Assembly (NCBI GenBank): GCA_043807255.1
Contig: JAZDGD010000007.1
Span: 17,069 to 81,068, forward strand
Source: Patescibacteria group bacterium
GTDB lineage: Bacteria > Patescibacteriota > Minisyncoccia > RBG-13-40-8-A
Direction: 5' to 3'
DNA length: 64,000 bases
Part shown: piece by piece, positions 28,813-37,432 of the stretch
How positions within the stretch are numbered: position 1 is the stretch's first letter
How the letters are laid out: each line of letters starts with the position of its first letter
Program-made: the position numbers and the translations under genes
The notes under the pieces: model-generated
Seen by the model: the letters and a program-made list of their open reading frames with translations, nothing else
The model's database searches: none
Told to the model about the DNA's origin: nothing

Positions 28813-30312
28813 TTATTTTATCCAATATTTTTCACGGATTTTTAGATCTTCTTCTTCCTTTTTTTCTTCGATTTTACCTTTGGCTAATTTGCGAAGAACT
28901 TCTAGGTTTTCTTCGTTTAATTCTAAAACTCTTTTTTCTAAATATTTCTTATTATTGTTCTTCGGCTCTTCAATTACTTCCGCCAACAAAACATCCAAAA
29001 TCGCACCTACTTTTGGACTGGGTTCGATTTTTAACAATTTCATTATATCCGTGCCATTAATTTTCAACATCTTTGCAGAAATCGGATCCTTGGAAATTTT
29101 TTCAATCATATACTCAATTGTTCTTAAACGATAGGGTTTTTCTTTCGGCCTTCCCATTCCCAATCTATCGGCAACTCTTAAATTAATCAAATCAACAATA
29201 TTTTCTTTGCCCACTCTTTTTAATAATCTTCTTGCGCCAGCATCAGTTAATTTTTCTGGGTCGGAAACAAACATATGATTTCTAACCAGCAAAACAACTT
29301 TATCAATAAATTTATTGGAGAATTTTAATCGTTTTAAAATTTTATCGACAAATTTCGCACCAACATAATCGTGATTATAAAAAGTAGAGTCGGGGCCTTC
29401 GCCTTGTTTGGTTTCTGGCTTACCAATATCATGGAATAAGGCCGCAACCTTTACTTCTAAATTAAAATCTTTCTTTGCTGCTTCATCCAACGCCCTTAAA
29501 GAGTGCTCATAAATATCATAAATATGGTGCTTGTTTTGGCTTACGCCAACACCCTTGTCGAGTTCTGGCAAAATGAATTTAAGTAAATTTGTTTGTCGCA
29601 ATAAATCAATTCCATTTGCTGCTTTTTTGGTTTGAAAAATTTTAATTAATTCGTCGTGAATTCTTTCATTGGAAATCATTTGAATTAATTCTGCATTTTT
29701 TTGAATCGCCTTAAAGGTTTTTTCCTCGATCGTAAAATCAAGGGTGCAGGCGAATCTTACCGCTCTTAGCATTCTTAGTGCGTCTTCATCGAATCTTTTA
29801 TTCGCATCGCCAACCGCACGAATTATTTTATTTTTTAAATCTTTCTGTCCATCGAAAAAATCTAATATTCGGACGTCCGATGTCCTACCATTCTTAATGT
29901 CGGGACATCGGACGTCCCCCATTTTTAACGCGAGTGCATTTACCGTAAAATCCCGCCTGGCAAGATCTTCTTCTAACTTTTTAGCAAAAGTTATTTCGTC
30001 AGGATGACGCTTGTCAGAATATTTTCCCTCTAAGCGAAAAGGCGTGATCTCGACAATTTTTAATGTTTCGTCTTTAGAATCAGTAATTACGCTTACTGTG
30101 CCAAATTGATTTTCATAAAAATTTTTAGGGAATAACTTTCTAATTTGTTCCGGTTTAGCATTAGTAGTAATGTCCCAATCGTTGGGCTTAATGTCTCTTC
30201 CTTCGACTTCGCTCAGGACGAGGTCGCGAACACAACCACCAACAGCATAAGCTTCGTAGTCATTCTTAATCAATTTTTCTAATATTAAATTAACTTCCTT
30301 GGGAATTGTCAT
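28813..30312 (-). CDS. cca: CCA-adding tRNA nucleotidyltransferase with an HD domain. Carries two in-frame palindromic-element insertions
   Basis: GGCVRD, RRDFTVNALA and HDIGKP. The inserted peptides are SEVEGRD and KMGDVRCPDIKNGRTSDVR. Confidence 0.88.
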   Translation of the reverse strand: MTIPKEVNLILEKLIKNDYEAYAVGGCVRDLVLSEVEGRDIKPNDWDITTNAKPEQIRKLFPKNFYENQFGTVSVITDSKDETLKIVEITPFRLEGKYSDKRHPDEITFAKKLEEDLARRDFTVNALALKMGDVRCPDIKNGRTSDVRILDFFDGQKDLKNKIIRAVGDANKRFDEDALRMLRAVRFACTLDFTIEEKTFKAIQKNAELIQMISNERIHDELIKIFQTKKAANGIDLLRQTNLLKFILPELDKGVGVSQNKHHIYDIYEHSLRALDEAAKKDFNLEVKVAALFHDIGKPETKQGEGPDSTFYNHDYVGAKFVDKILKRLKFSNKFIDKVVLLVRNHMFVSDPEKLTDAGARRLLKRVGKENIVDLINLRVADRLGMGRPKEKPYRLRTIEYMIEKISKDPISAKMLKINGTDIMKLLKIEPSPKVGAILDVLLAEVIEEPKNNNKKYLEKRVLELNEENLEVLRKLAKGKIEEKKEEEDLKIREKYWIK

Positions 30313-30373
30313 AGCAATTTTTTAAATTTTAAATGGTATTGAAATATTTTAAAGTTATCCACAGGCGAAAATC

Positions 30374-30401
30374 TTGACATCGGTCTTCTTAATGGTATAC
30401 T
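30374..30401 (+). promoter_or_regulatory. sigma70 promoter TTGACA-16-TATACT, preceded 9 nt upstream by AGTTATCCACAG (30353-30364)
   Basis: Read directly from the sequence. Confidence 0.6.
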
Positions 30402-30407
30402 GATAGT

Positions 30408-30486
30408 GCGGTCGCAAGATTGCCCTGCTCGCGGATGCGAGTCCGAGATTTAAACTTCGCCTTTTAAAGGCGAGGTTTTGTTTTTA
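30408..30486 (+). ncRNA. candidate small RNA of about 75 nt: promoter, internal hairpins, then an intrinsic terminator (30455-30485)
   Basis: The terminator CTTCGCCTTTTAAAGGCGAGGTTTTGTTTTT is plus-oriented. No ORF lies between the promoter and the terminator. Confidence 0.4.
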
Positions 30487-31114
30487 TAAAAGTAATTCCC
30501 TTTTTTATTCTTTGAGCATTGATATTCAAATCTGCTCTTTCTTTAAGATAATGCGTAATATATCCCGCACTAAATAAAATTACTTTTTTCTTTCTTCTTC
30601 TTAAAAAATTTAACAAATAGGCAAAATCTGCGTCGCTGGAAAATAAACAAAAAGTGTCATATTTGTCTAAGAATCTTATTGCATCAATACAAATTTCGGC
30701 ATCAAAATTACATTTCGGGATGTAAACGTATCTACCTTGATCGTCTTGATCTATGTTTCTTGTTGTGCTTTTTTCTTCGGAGGAATCTAAATAATGTCTA
30801 ATTTTTTGTATCGGTTTGGTAATTGTTTTGTCAAAATATTGTCTTGCTTTACTGATAATTTTGATAGATTTTTGCTTTGTTGTGTCCAGGCCAAAATAAA
30901 ATCTTTTATGCTCTGAAAATAAATTTATGAAACCTGCTAATTTTTCTATATCAACCACCAACTTTTTGTCTTGTGATAAAACATTATCATCGCCATCTCT
31001 TTCGTCTCTTTCGTACCAATAGTTTACATTCCCAAAATCAACAAAACTATAAATTTTACCAAATTTATTTTTATCTATTTCTAAGTTTTCTAATTTAAAC
31101 TCACACAAATCCAT
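30464..31114 (-). CDS. NYN/LabA-like (PIN-like) domain protein
   Basis: FSSDADFAYLL. A paralogous architecture occurs at 36881..37396. Confidence 0.55.
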   Translation of the reverse strand: MDLCEFKLENLEIDKNKFGKIYSFVDFGNVNYWYERDERDGDDNVLSQDKKLVVDIEKLAGFINLFSEHKRFYFGLDTTKQKSIKIISKARQYFDKTITKPIQKIRHYLDSSEEKSTTRNIDQDDQGRYVYIPKCNFDAEICIDAIRFLDKYDTFCLFSSDADFAYLLNFLRRRKKKVILFSAGYITHYLKERADLNINAQRIKKGITFIKTKPRL

Positions 31115-31178
31115 TATATCTTAACCATACCTTAAAAATGCGTTTATGACAAATAAAAAAATCGCATTGAACACGACT

Positions 31179-31252
31179 TGGTGCCCCCACAAGGAATCGG
31201 ACCTTGGTCAGCTGCTTAAAAGGCAGTTGCTTTACCATTAAGCTATGGGGGC
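31179..31252 (-). tRNA. tRNA-Lys (anticodon UUU) with encoded 3' CCA
   Basis: GCCCCCA...TGGGGGCACCA. Anticodon loop CTTTTAA. Confidence 0.8.
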
Positions 31253-31270
31253 GTATTTATATTATTTAGA

Positions 31271-31921
31271 TTAATTAATATGATTGCATATTTCTTCAAT
31301 CCATGCAAGAATTCTATGCCTTAAATTCTCATTATTGACCTGAATTCTAAGCGTTCCATTGTATAACTTGTTCTTTCTGTGACCAGTGCCTTCTTTTTTG
31401 AAGAAAGTGCTTCCAAATCTATTTGTCGAAATATGAACTATTTTTGACCAATATCTTTTTGCTTTTTTTTCATTAAGACCAGTGTGAAGGTGTAAATATG
31501 GCTTAATCTTGTTTTCTGGCACCATACAAACATCTCGATACCATTTCATCATAAATTTGATCAATAATGGATCAGAATTTGTGAAAGACGAACTTTTAAC
31601 CTTAGATCCTTCGGCCCAATACAATGCCGCACCGATCATTTTAATCTCGTAATTGTTTAAGTGCTTAATTTCTTTCTTCGCATTTTTTTTAATAACTTCA
31701 ATCTCTTTTTGTCTTTTTAGTTGGTTGGCTTTGGCACCACGGAATTGGGTATCATACAAAGAACCCAGACGAGTGATCTGTTTTTTGGTCAATTTAACGT
31801 TTTTACACCATGCGCTAATAGTGCTTTTGCTCACAGGAACCCGTTTCACTATTTCCGAATAGCTGAATCCCTTTTTTCTTAACTCCATAGCACGCTCTTT
31901 CAATTGCCATTTTCTAGTCAT
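31271..31921 (-). CDS. HTH-domain protein with a LAGLIDADG-like motif (putative homing-endonuclease-like), embedded between two tRNA-Lys genes
   Basis: N-terminal HTH (GFSYSEIVKRVPVSKSTIS) and IGAALYWAEGSK. Confidence 0.35.
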   Translation of the reverse strand: MTRKWQLKERAMELRKKGFSYSEIVKRVPVSKSTISAWCKNVKLTKKQITRLGSLYDTQFRGAKANQLKRQKEIEVIKKNAKKEIKHLNNYEIKMIGAALYWAEGSKVKSSSFTNSDPLLIKFMMKWYRDVCMVPENKIKPYLHLHTGLNEKKAKRYWSKIVHISTNRFGSTFFKKEGTGHRKNKLYNGTLRIQVNNENLRHRILAWIEEICNHIN

Positions 31922-31991
31922 AATCGTATATGTTAATTAATACTACATGATTACATATTAAGTATACGATCATAAAATTGTATTGTCAATT

Positions 31992-32062
31992 TGCCCCCAC
32001 AAGGAATCGGACCTTGGTCAGCTGCTTAAGAGGCAGTTGCTTTACCATTAAGCTATGGAGGC
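31992..32062 (-). tRNA. tRNA-Lys (anticodon CUU), no encoded CCA
   Basis: Identical to the UUU copy except at position 4 (C to T) and position 34 (T to C). Confidence 0.8.
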
Positions 32063-32069
32063 AGAAGAA

Positions 32070-32141
32070 TGCCCTCGGCAGGAATCGAACCCGCAATTGC
32101 GCGTCCGAAGCGCGCCGTGTTATCCATTATACCACGAGGGC
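32070..32141 (-). tRNA. tRNA-Arg (anticodon UCG), no encoded CCA
   Basis: Acceptor GCCCTCG/CGAGGGC, anticodon stem GCGCG/CGCGC with loop CTTCGGA, T-loop TTCGATT. Confidence 0.75.
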
Positions 32142-32199
32142 AACAATAAAATCATACCCTATAATTAATTTATGGTCAATTTAATCCGCCCCAATATTA

Positions 32200-32228
32200 T
32201 TGACACGTGTCTTAATCTGTGGTAATAT
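32200..32228 (+). promoter_or_regulatory. sigma70 promoter TTGACA-17-TAATAT overlapping the palindrome GACACGTGTC. A strong SD (AAGGAGG) follows
   Basis: Read directly from the sequence. Confidence 0.55.
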
Positions 32229-32252
32229 TTTAATACCAAAAAGGAGGGCAAA

Positions 32253-32495
32253 ATGCACCCTATTAGACGCATAAAGTACTTATATGTAAGGCGCTTGAGA
32301 AGACCGTGGCGAAAAGTTAAGGCGCGCTTCAAAAATCGGAATGAAGCCAAAAAAGACGTTAAACTAAAACACGAAGCGGCTGAAAGACACCGCAAAGAAG
32401 CATTAGCAAAAAATCACTATTATAAGCGACGACACGAAGAGAGGCTAATGAATTCCGAGCACTCTGAACGCCGCAAATCCCCTCACATCAAATGA
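32253..32495 (+). CDS. small, highly basic (Arg/Lys/His-rich) hypothetical protein of 80 aa
   Basis: A strong promoter and SD precede it. It ends with a TGA stop. Confidence 0.5.
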   Translation: MHPIRRIKYLYVRRLRRPWRKVKARFKNRNEAKKDVKLKHEAAERHRKEALAKNHYYKRRHEERLMNSEHSERRKSPHIK

Positions 32496-32531
32496 ATGGT
32501 GGGAGGGGATATTTTCATACAAAAATTAATT

Positions 32532-33704
32532 CTAAAATATTCCTGACAAATAATAAAGTCCCATTGCCAATAAAACAATCGCTTCAACTAAACTCAACCA
32601 TTTCATTGCTTTGCCCGACACAATTTTTATATTCATCGTGAAAACGGCAATTAGGAAAACGATAATCTCGTCTAACATGTAAAACAAAACATACACTATA
32701 AGATGAAAAATATAACTCGATAAGGAAACTCCCGCATGGGTCATGACTCCCGCAAATAGAACCGGTATCACTGCCGAACAGGGGAATTCTACGATCGTAA
32801 TTACGGCAGCGAAAATTATTACACCCACGATCAATCCCCATATTCCACCTGATTTTTTAAACGCTTCTTGAATTTTTACAGATTGCTTGTTAACGATTTT
32901 ATTTCCTTGACTATCGCAAACTAAATTTTGTTTTTTAGATTTTAAAAATTGTCTTAAAAAATATATTGAACCCAAAATCCCTAAGATTCCTACAAACAAA
33001 TTCATTACTTTTAAAACGGGACTTAAATAATAAAATAATTGATACCACAAAAAAATCAAGGCACCATAAATTATGGCTGTAACTAAAATGTATAATCCAC
33101 CAAAAAGAATAATTTTTGATCGTGATTTCAGGATTAAGACTAATCCCAAAATCATTATTAATGCACCCAAAGAACAAACACTAAATCCATCAAAAAACCC
33201 CAAAATTATTGCTTGCATTAATAACGAATATTTGCTCAAATCTACTTCTCCTAGAATTGGAACATTTATCTTGTTTTTGTCTTTTTCTTCTGGCTTTTCA
33301 GCGTTTAATTGTTTTTCAATTGAATTAATTATTTCTTGACCAGTACTTGATTCGTCGTTAAAGCCCAAAATAAAATCTTCGCCAACAAATGTCATTGGTA
33401 CAGCTCCCAAATATTTATCAGCATTATGTTTTTTGACGGAGTCAATTAATAATTGTCTGTGCGTAATATCGGTGACTAAGTAACGATTAATTTGCACATC
33501 TGGATAATCTGGTGCTATTCTATCCAAAAATGCGCTTTCTGCCTTACAATGAATACACGTTTCAGAATAGAAAAAATTAATCTCTAATTTTATTTCTGCG
33601 GACTTGTCCGCCGAAGCTTTAGCGAAGGCGGGCGCAAAAAAAGGAGCTACGATTGTAAGCCCAATTAAAGCGAACGCAATAAAACCGGATAATCTTTTTG
33701 CCAT
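32532..33704 (-). CDS. secreted thioredoxin-fold domain (CIHC) fused to a CcdA/DsbD-like polytopic membrane domain
   Basis: Signal peptide, CxxC, and two membrane-embedded Cys (FSVCSLG, EFPCSAV). Confidence 0.55.
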   Translation of the reverse strand: MAKRLSGFIAFALIGLTIVAPFFAPAFAKASADKSAEIKLEINFFYSETCIHCKAESAFLDRIAPDYPDVQINRYLVTDITHRQLLIDSVKKHNADKYLGAVPMTFVGEDFILGFNDESSTGQEIINSIEKQLNAEKPEEKDKNKINVPILGEVDLSKYSLLMQAIILGFFDGFSVCSLGALIMILGLVLILKSRSKIILFGGLYILVTAIIYGALIFLWYQLFYYLSPVLKVMNLFVGILGILGSIYFLRQFLKSKKQNLVCDSQGNKIVNKQSVKIQEAFKKSGGIWGLIVGVIIFAAVITIVEFPCSAVIPVLFAGVMTHAGVSLSSYIFHLIVYVLFYMLDEIIVFLIAVFTMNIKIVSGKAMKWLSLVEAIVLLAMGLYYLSGIF

Positions 33705-33814
33705 TGTATTTTAATACTACAATATTTTAATTTTTATTTCCACTGCCTCTTGCTTTTTTCGACGAGACTTGATAGTATGAATACGGATACGCACATTTCA
33801 GAAGGAGGAGATTA

Positions 33815-34132
33815 ATGAAAGATGTAAGCATCGAAAGATTGATTAAAGATGCGCGTCGTGTTCTCGACTATCCTTTTTGGATTCCAGACGTAGAGACGAT
33901 GAGACGATACACGAGAATTCACGATGATCACGATGGAACCTTCCAGGGTGCAATCACTGTGATATTTAGCAAAGATGGCGATGCCTGGGTCGAATTCGAT
34001 CCAACCCACAACGCATCTCCATTGAGATTTCGTGGTGATTTGGGTGGAGGCATGAGTTTACGAACTAAAAATGCTCTTATGATTTTGGCTCTTGCTATTA
34101 AACTGGACAACGAAGAAGCACCCCAGCGCTAG
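33815..34132 (+). CDS. hypothetical protein (105 aa)
   Basis: Strong SD GAAGGAGGAG. A terminator hairpin plus T-run follows at 34166-34196. Confidence 0.5.
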   Translation: MKDVSIERLIKDARRVLDYPFWIPDVETMRRYTRIHDDHDGTFQGAITVIFSKDGDAWVEFDPTHNASPLRFRGDLGGGMSLRTKNALMILALAIKLDNEEAPQR

Positions 34133-34231
34133 CAATCCCAGCAAATTAATCGTTAATCGGTTACGGCCGCATGGTTCGCCCAGCGGCTTTTTTATTTATA
34201 ATTTTGAAAAAGTTATCCACAGACGCCACTA

Positions 34232-34260
34232 TTGATTTTCGGTTTTCTTTCGGTATATAA
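34232..34260 (+). promoter_or_regulatory. promoter TTGATT-17-ATATAA with AGTTATCCACAG 9 nt upstream (34211-34222)
   Basis: Same architecture as the promoters at 30353 and 42506. Confidence 0.5.
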
Positions 34261-34281
34261 TTGTAATATAGTAATGAAATT

Positions 34282-35841
34282 ATGTTAACAGAAAAACAGC
34301 AAAAAATATTCGATTATATCAAGAAATATATAAAGAAAAATAACTACTCGCCTTCTCTCCAAGAGATCGCGAAACGTTTCAAGTTATCATCGATATCTGG
34401 CGTGCACCAACACGTCGAAGCGCTCAAATCAAAAGGCTATTTAAATAAATTTGAAAATCATCCAAGGACAATCCAAATATCAAATAAATTCAAAAGATTA
34501 AATTTTGTAAAAATACCAATTCTCGGAACCATCACCGCCGGACAACCAATAGAAGTTATTGAAACGCTAGGCGAAACAATTAATGTTTCGAAAAACGAAA
34601 TAAGTCCCTATTTTGATTATTATGCCCTTAAAGTCAAAGGCGACAGTATGATCGATGAGGGAATTTTTGACGGAGATACTGTTGTAATTAAAAAACAATC
34701 TACGGCAGAAAATGGCCAAACAGTGGTCGCCATAATAAATCAGAACGAGGCCACCTTAAAGAAAATCTACAAATTAAAAAATATTTTTAAATTGCAACCG
34801 GCAAATCAGAATATGTTACCAATTTATACAAACGAAATTGAGATTAGAGGTGTTCTCGTTAAAACTATTCCTGGTTTTCCAAGCACAAAAAACCAAACAA
34901 CGATCAGAACCCTGGATTTGTTCGCAGGGATTGGTGGCATACGTCTCGGATTCGAAAAGAATGGATTTGAAACAGTATTCTCTAATGATTTTGACGAAAA
35001 TTGCAAGACAACTTACGATTTAAATTTTAAAACCTCAAAACTTGTTACCGAAGACGTAACTAAAATTGGAATCGATGATTTGCCAGAATTTGATTTCTTG
35101 CTAGCAGGATTTCCGTGTCAAGCATTTTCAATTGCTGGATATCGACAAGGATTCAAGGACGAGAAAGGAAGGGGGAATCTATTTTTCGATATTGCGAGAA
35201 TTATTGACGCCCGGAAACCGAAAGGTTTCTTATTGGAAAATGTTAAGAATCTAATTAGCCACGACAATGGAAAAACGTTTAAAATAATAACGGAAACATT
35301 GAAAAATCTTGGCTATCACATTAAACCCGAAGTTTTAAATAGCATGAATTACGGTAACGTTCCACAAAATCGAGAGAGAATCTATATCGTGGGATTTAAA
35401 GACAAAAATAACATAGAGAAATTTAATTTTCCCGAACCCATAAAACTAGAAACAAAAATCAACGATTTTCTGGAAGAAAACGTTGATAATAAATACTATT
35501 ATAACGACAAGCCTCTCTATAAAAAACTCAAAGATTTTGTAAAAGAAGAAAATAAGATTTATCAATGGCGTAGACAATATGTGCGAGAAAATAAAAAAGG
35601 AGTTTGCCCAACGCTAACAGCAAATATGGGAACCGGCGGACACAATGTGCCAATTATAAAAGACAAAAAAGGAATCAGAAAACTGACTCCTCTTGAATGT
35701 TTTAGGTTGCAGGGTTTTTCGAAAGATTTTATATTGCCCAAATTGGCGGATTCTGTTTTATATAAACAGGCCGGAAATTCCGTAACCGTTTCGGTAGTTG
35801 AAAGAATTGCAAAAAAAATAAAAAGCGTAATGGATAATTAA
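34282..35841 (+). CDS. LexA-like repressor (wHTH plus S24 peptidase with Ala-Gly site, Ser and Lys) fused to a DNA (cytosine-5) methyltransferase
   Basis: N-terminal 200 aa are collinear with LexA (ITAGQP, GDSM, TLKK). The C-terminal part carries FAGIGG (motif I), FPCQAFS (IV), ENVKNL (VI), QNRERIY (VIII) and GNSV (X). Confidence 0.85.
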   Translation: MLTEKQQKIFDYIKKYIKKNNYSPSLQEIAKRFKLSSISGVHQHVEALKSKGYLNKFENHPRTIQISNKFKRLNFVKIPILGTITAGQPIEVIETLGETINVSKNEISPYFDYYALKVKGDSMIDEGIFDGDTVVIKKQSTAENGQTVVAIINQNEATLKKIYKLKNIFKLQPANQNMLPIYTNEIEIRGVLVKTIPGFPSTKNQTTIRTLDLFAGIGGIRLGFEKNGFETVFSNDFDENCKTTYDLNFKTSKLVTEDVTKIGIDDLPEFDFLLAGFPCQAFSIAGYRQGFKDEKGRGNLFFDIARIIDARKPKGFLLENVKNLISHDNGKTFKIITETLKNLGYHIKPEVLNSMNYGNVPQNRERIYIVGFKDKNNIEKFNFPEPIKLETKINDFLEENVDNKYYYNDKPLYKKLKDFVKEENKIYQWRRQYVRENKKGVCPTLTANMGTGGHNVPIIKDKKGIRKLTPLECFRLQGFSKDFILPKLADSVLYKQAGNSVTVSVVERIAKKIKSVMDN

Positions 35842-35844
35842 TAA

Positions 35845-36408
35845 TTACCAAACTTTTACATTACACGCAATTGGTTTTAATTTGCATCTTTCAATGATTT
35901 CTTTAGTTATACTAAATCTTGGTCTTCGTTTTTGTTTTTGTTGTTGCCTTAATGTTTGTTTCTTGTTTACTTTGGCATTAAGTATAAATCTAGATGGAAT
36001 TTTATAGACGTTAAAAGTCCCGTCTAGTTTTTTCTCATTATAAAAATCTAAAAAATACAAATCGTCCCATTGAGATTTTGGGCCAAATGTTGTTAAGTCG
36101 TGCTTTATACTAGATGCCTTTATTTGTTCAGCTCTTTTGGTTTTTAAATTAAATGTATCAAAAGATGTTGATGCTTCTCCCCTTAGGGATATAAATCTTT
36201 TCGAACCCGAAAACAAACAAAACGCCACCTCAGACAGACCCTCTGGCAAATTAGGTTCTCGTGATTTATATTCGCGCATACCTAATTTTAATTTTTTCCA
36301 TATATCAAAAAGTGCTTTCCATTTTTTACTGTCTTCTTTGTCAAAGCTCATGAGTTCCACTAAGCATTCCTTACCAAAGATAACGGTTTTGTATTGATCA
36401 ATATGCAT
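35845..36408 (-). CDS. hypothetical protein; candidate cognate type II restriction endonuclease, inferred only from its convergent position next to the methyltransferase
   Basis: Context only. No recognisable motif. Confidence 0.3.
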   Translation of the reverse strand: MHIDQYKTVIFGKECLVELMSFDKEDSKKWKALFDIWKKLKLGMREYKSREPNLPEGLSEVAFCLFSGSKRFISLRGEASTSFDTFNLKTKRAEQIKASSIKHDLTTFGPKSQWDDLYFLDFYNEKKLDGTFNVYKIPSRFILNAKVNKKQTLRQQQKQKRRPRFSITKEIIERCKLKPIACNVKVW

Positions 36409-36541
36409 ATTGTAATTTACAATTATTGTATTATGTTTTTATGATACACCACAGCATCTCCTCTTGGCAAGAGAATTATTATGATGTATAATGTTTTTAT
36501 AATAAAATAAGTAAAATATAGTAAAAGTAATTATTTAATTT

Positions 36542-36808
36542 ATGTTAGGAAAAATTAAGAAGAAGAAAGTTATTACCGAACACAAAATACACGACACCGA
36601 CACTGGATCGGCGGATGTTCAGATTGGGATTTTATCTCAAGAAATCACTGAATTGGCTGAACATTTAAAAAAACACCCCAAAGATAATCATTCCAGGCGT
36701 GGTCTTTTGGGCATGGTTTCGAAACGCAAAAAATTACTTGAATGGCTAAGTTCAGACAATGAATCTCGCTATAAAAAAGTAATCAAAGCCCTCGGCCTTA
36801 AGAAATAA
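36542..36808 (+). CDS. rpsO: 30S ribosomal protein S15
   Basis: HSRRGLLGMVSKRKKLLEWL. Confidence 0.92.
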   Translation: MLGKIKKKKVITEHKIHDTDTGSADVQIGILSQEITELAEHLKKHPKDNHSRRGLLGMVSKRKKLLEWLSSDNESRYKKVIKALGLKK

Positions 36809-36880
36809 ATTTCACGAAGTTAATTTCGCGAACGCAGTGAGCTTATCTCACTTGCGAAGCAAGTAAATTTCAATAAGTAT

Positions 36881-37396
36881 ATGTCTATTATCAAAAACAA
36901 GGATCAAAGAGTGGGAATTTTTATTGACGTACAAAATATGTACCACTCCGCAAAAAATATTTACGGAGCAAGGGTTAATTTTAGAGAAATTTTAAAAACC
37001 GCAGTTGCTGGCAGAAAACTTATTCGCGCAATTGCTTATGTTGTTACTACCGAATCCGGAGATGAAAAAGCATTTTTGGAAGCTTTAACCAAATCGGGAA
37101 TCGAGGTTAAAAGTAAGGATTTACAAATCTTTCCTGGCGGAATGAAAAAAGCAGATTGGGATGTGGGCATGGCAGTGGATGCAATTAGTTTGAATACAAA
37201 ATTAGATAGCGTGGTTTTGGTTACTGGCGATGGTGACTTTGTGCCGTTAGTAGAATTTTTACAATCACAAGGACAGCAAGTGGAAGTAATTTCATTTGGC
37301 AAAAGCGCATCCGCAAAATTGAGAGAAGCAGTTGATGATTTTGTCGATCTTAGCGCTTCCCCACAAAAGTACTTAATAGGAATAAGAAATAAGTAA
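36881..37396 (+). CDS. NYN/LabA-like domain protein inserted between rpsO and pnp
   Basis: VGIFIDVQNMY ... GDGDFVPLVEFL. Confidence 0.7.
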   Translation: MSIIKNKDQRVGIFIDVQNMYHSAKNIYGARVNFREILKTAVAGRKLIRAIAYVVTTESGDEKAFLEALTKSGIEVKSKDLQIFPGGMKKADWDVGMAVDAISLNTKLDSVVLVTGDGDFVPLVEFLQSQGQQVEVISFGKSASAKLREAVDDFVDLSASPQKYLIGIRNK

Positions 37397-37432
37397 CGTT
37401 TTGGTCTGTGAACACATAGATTATGGATTCGT

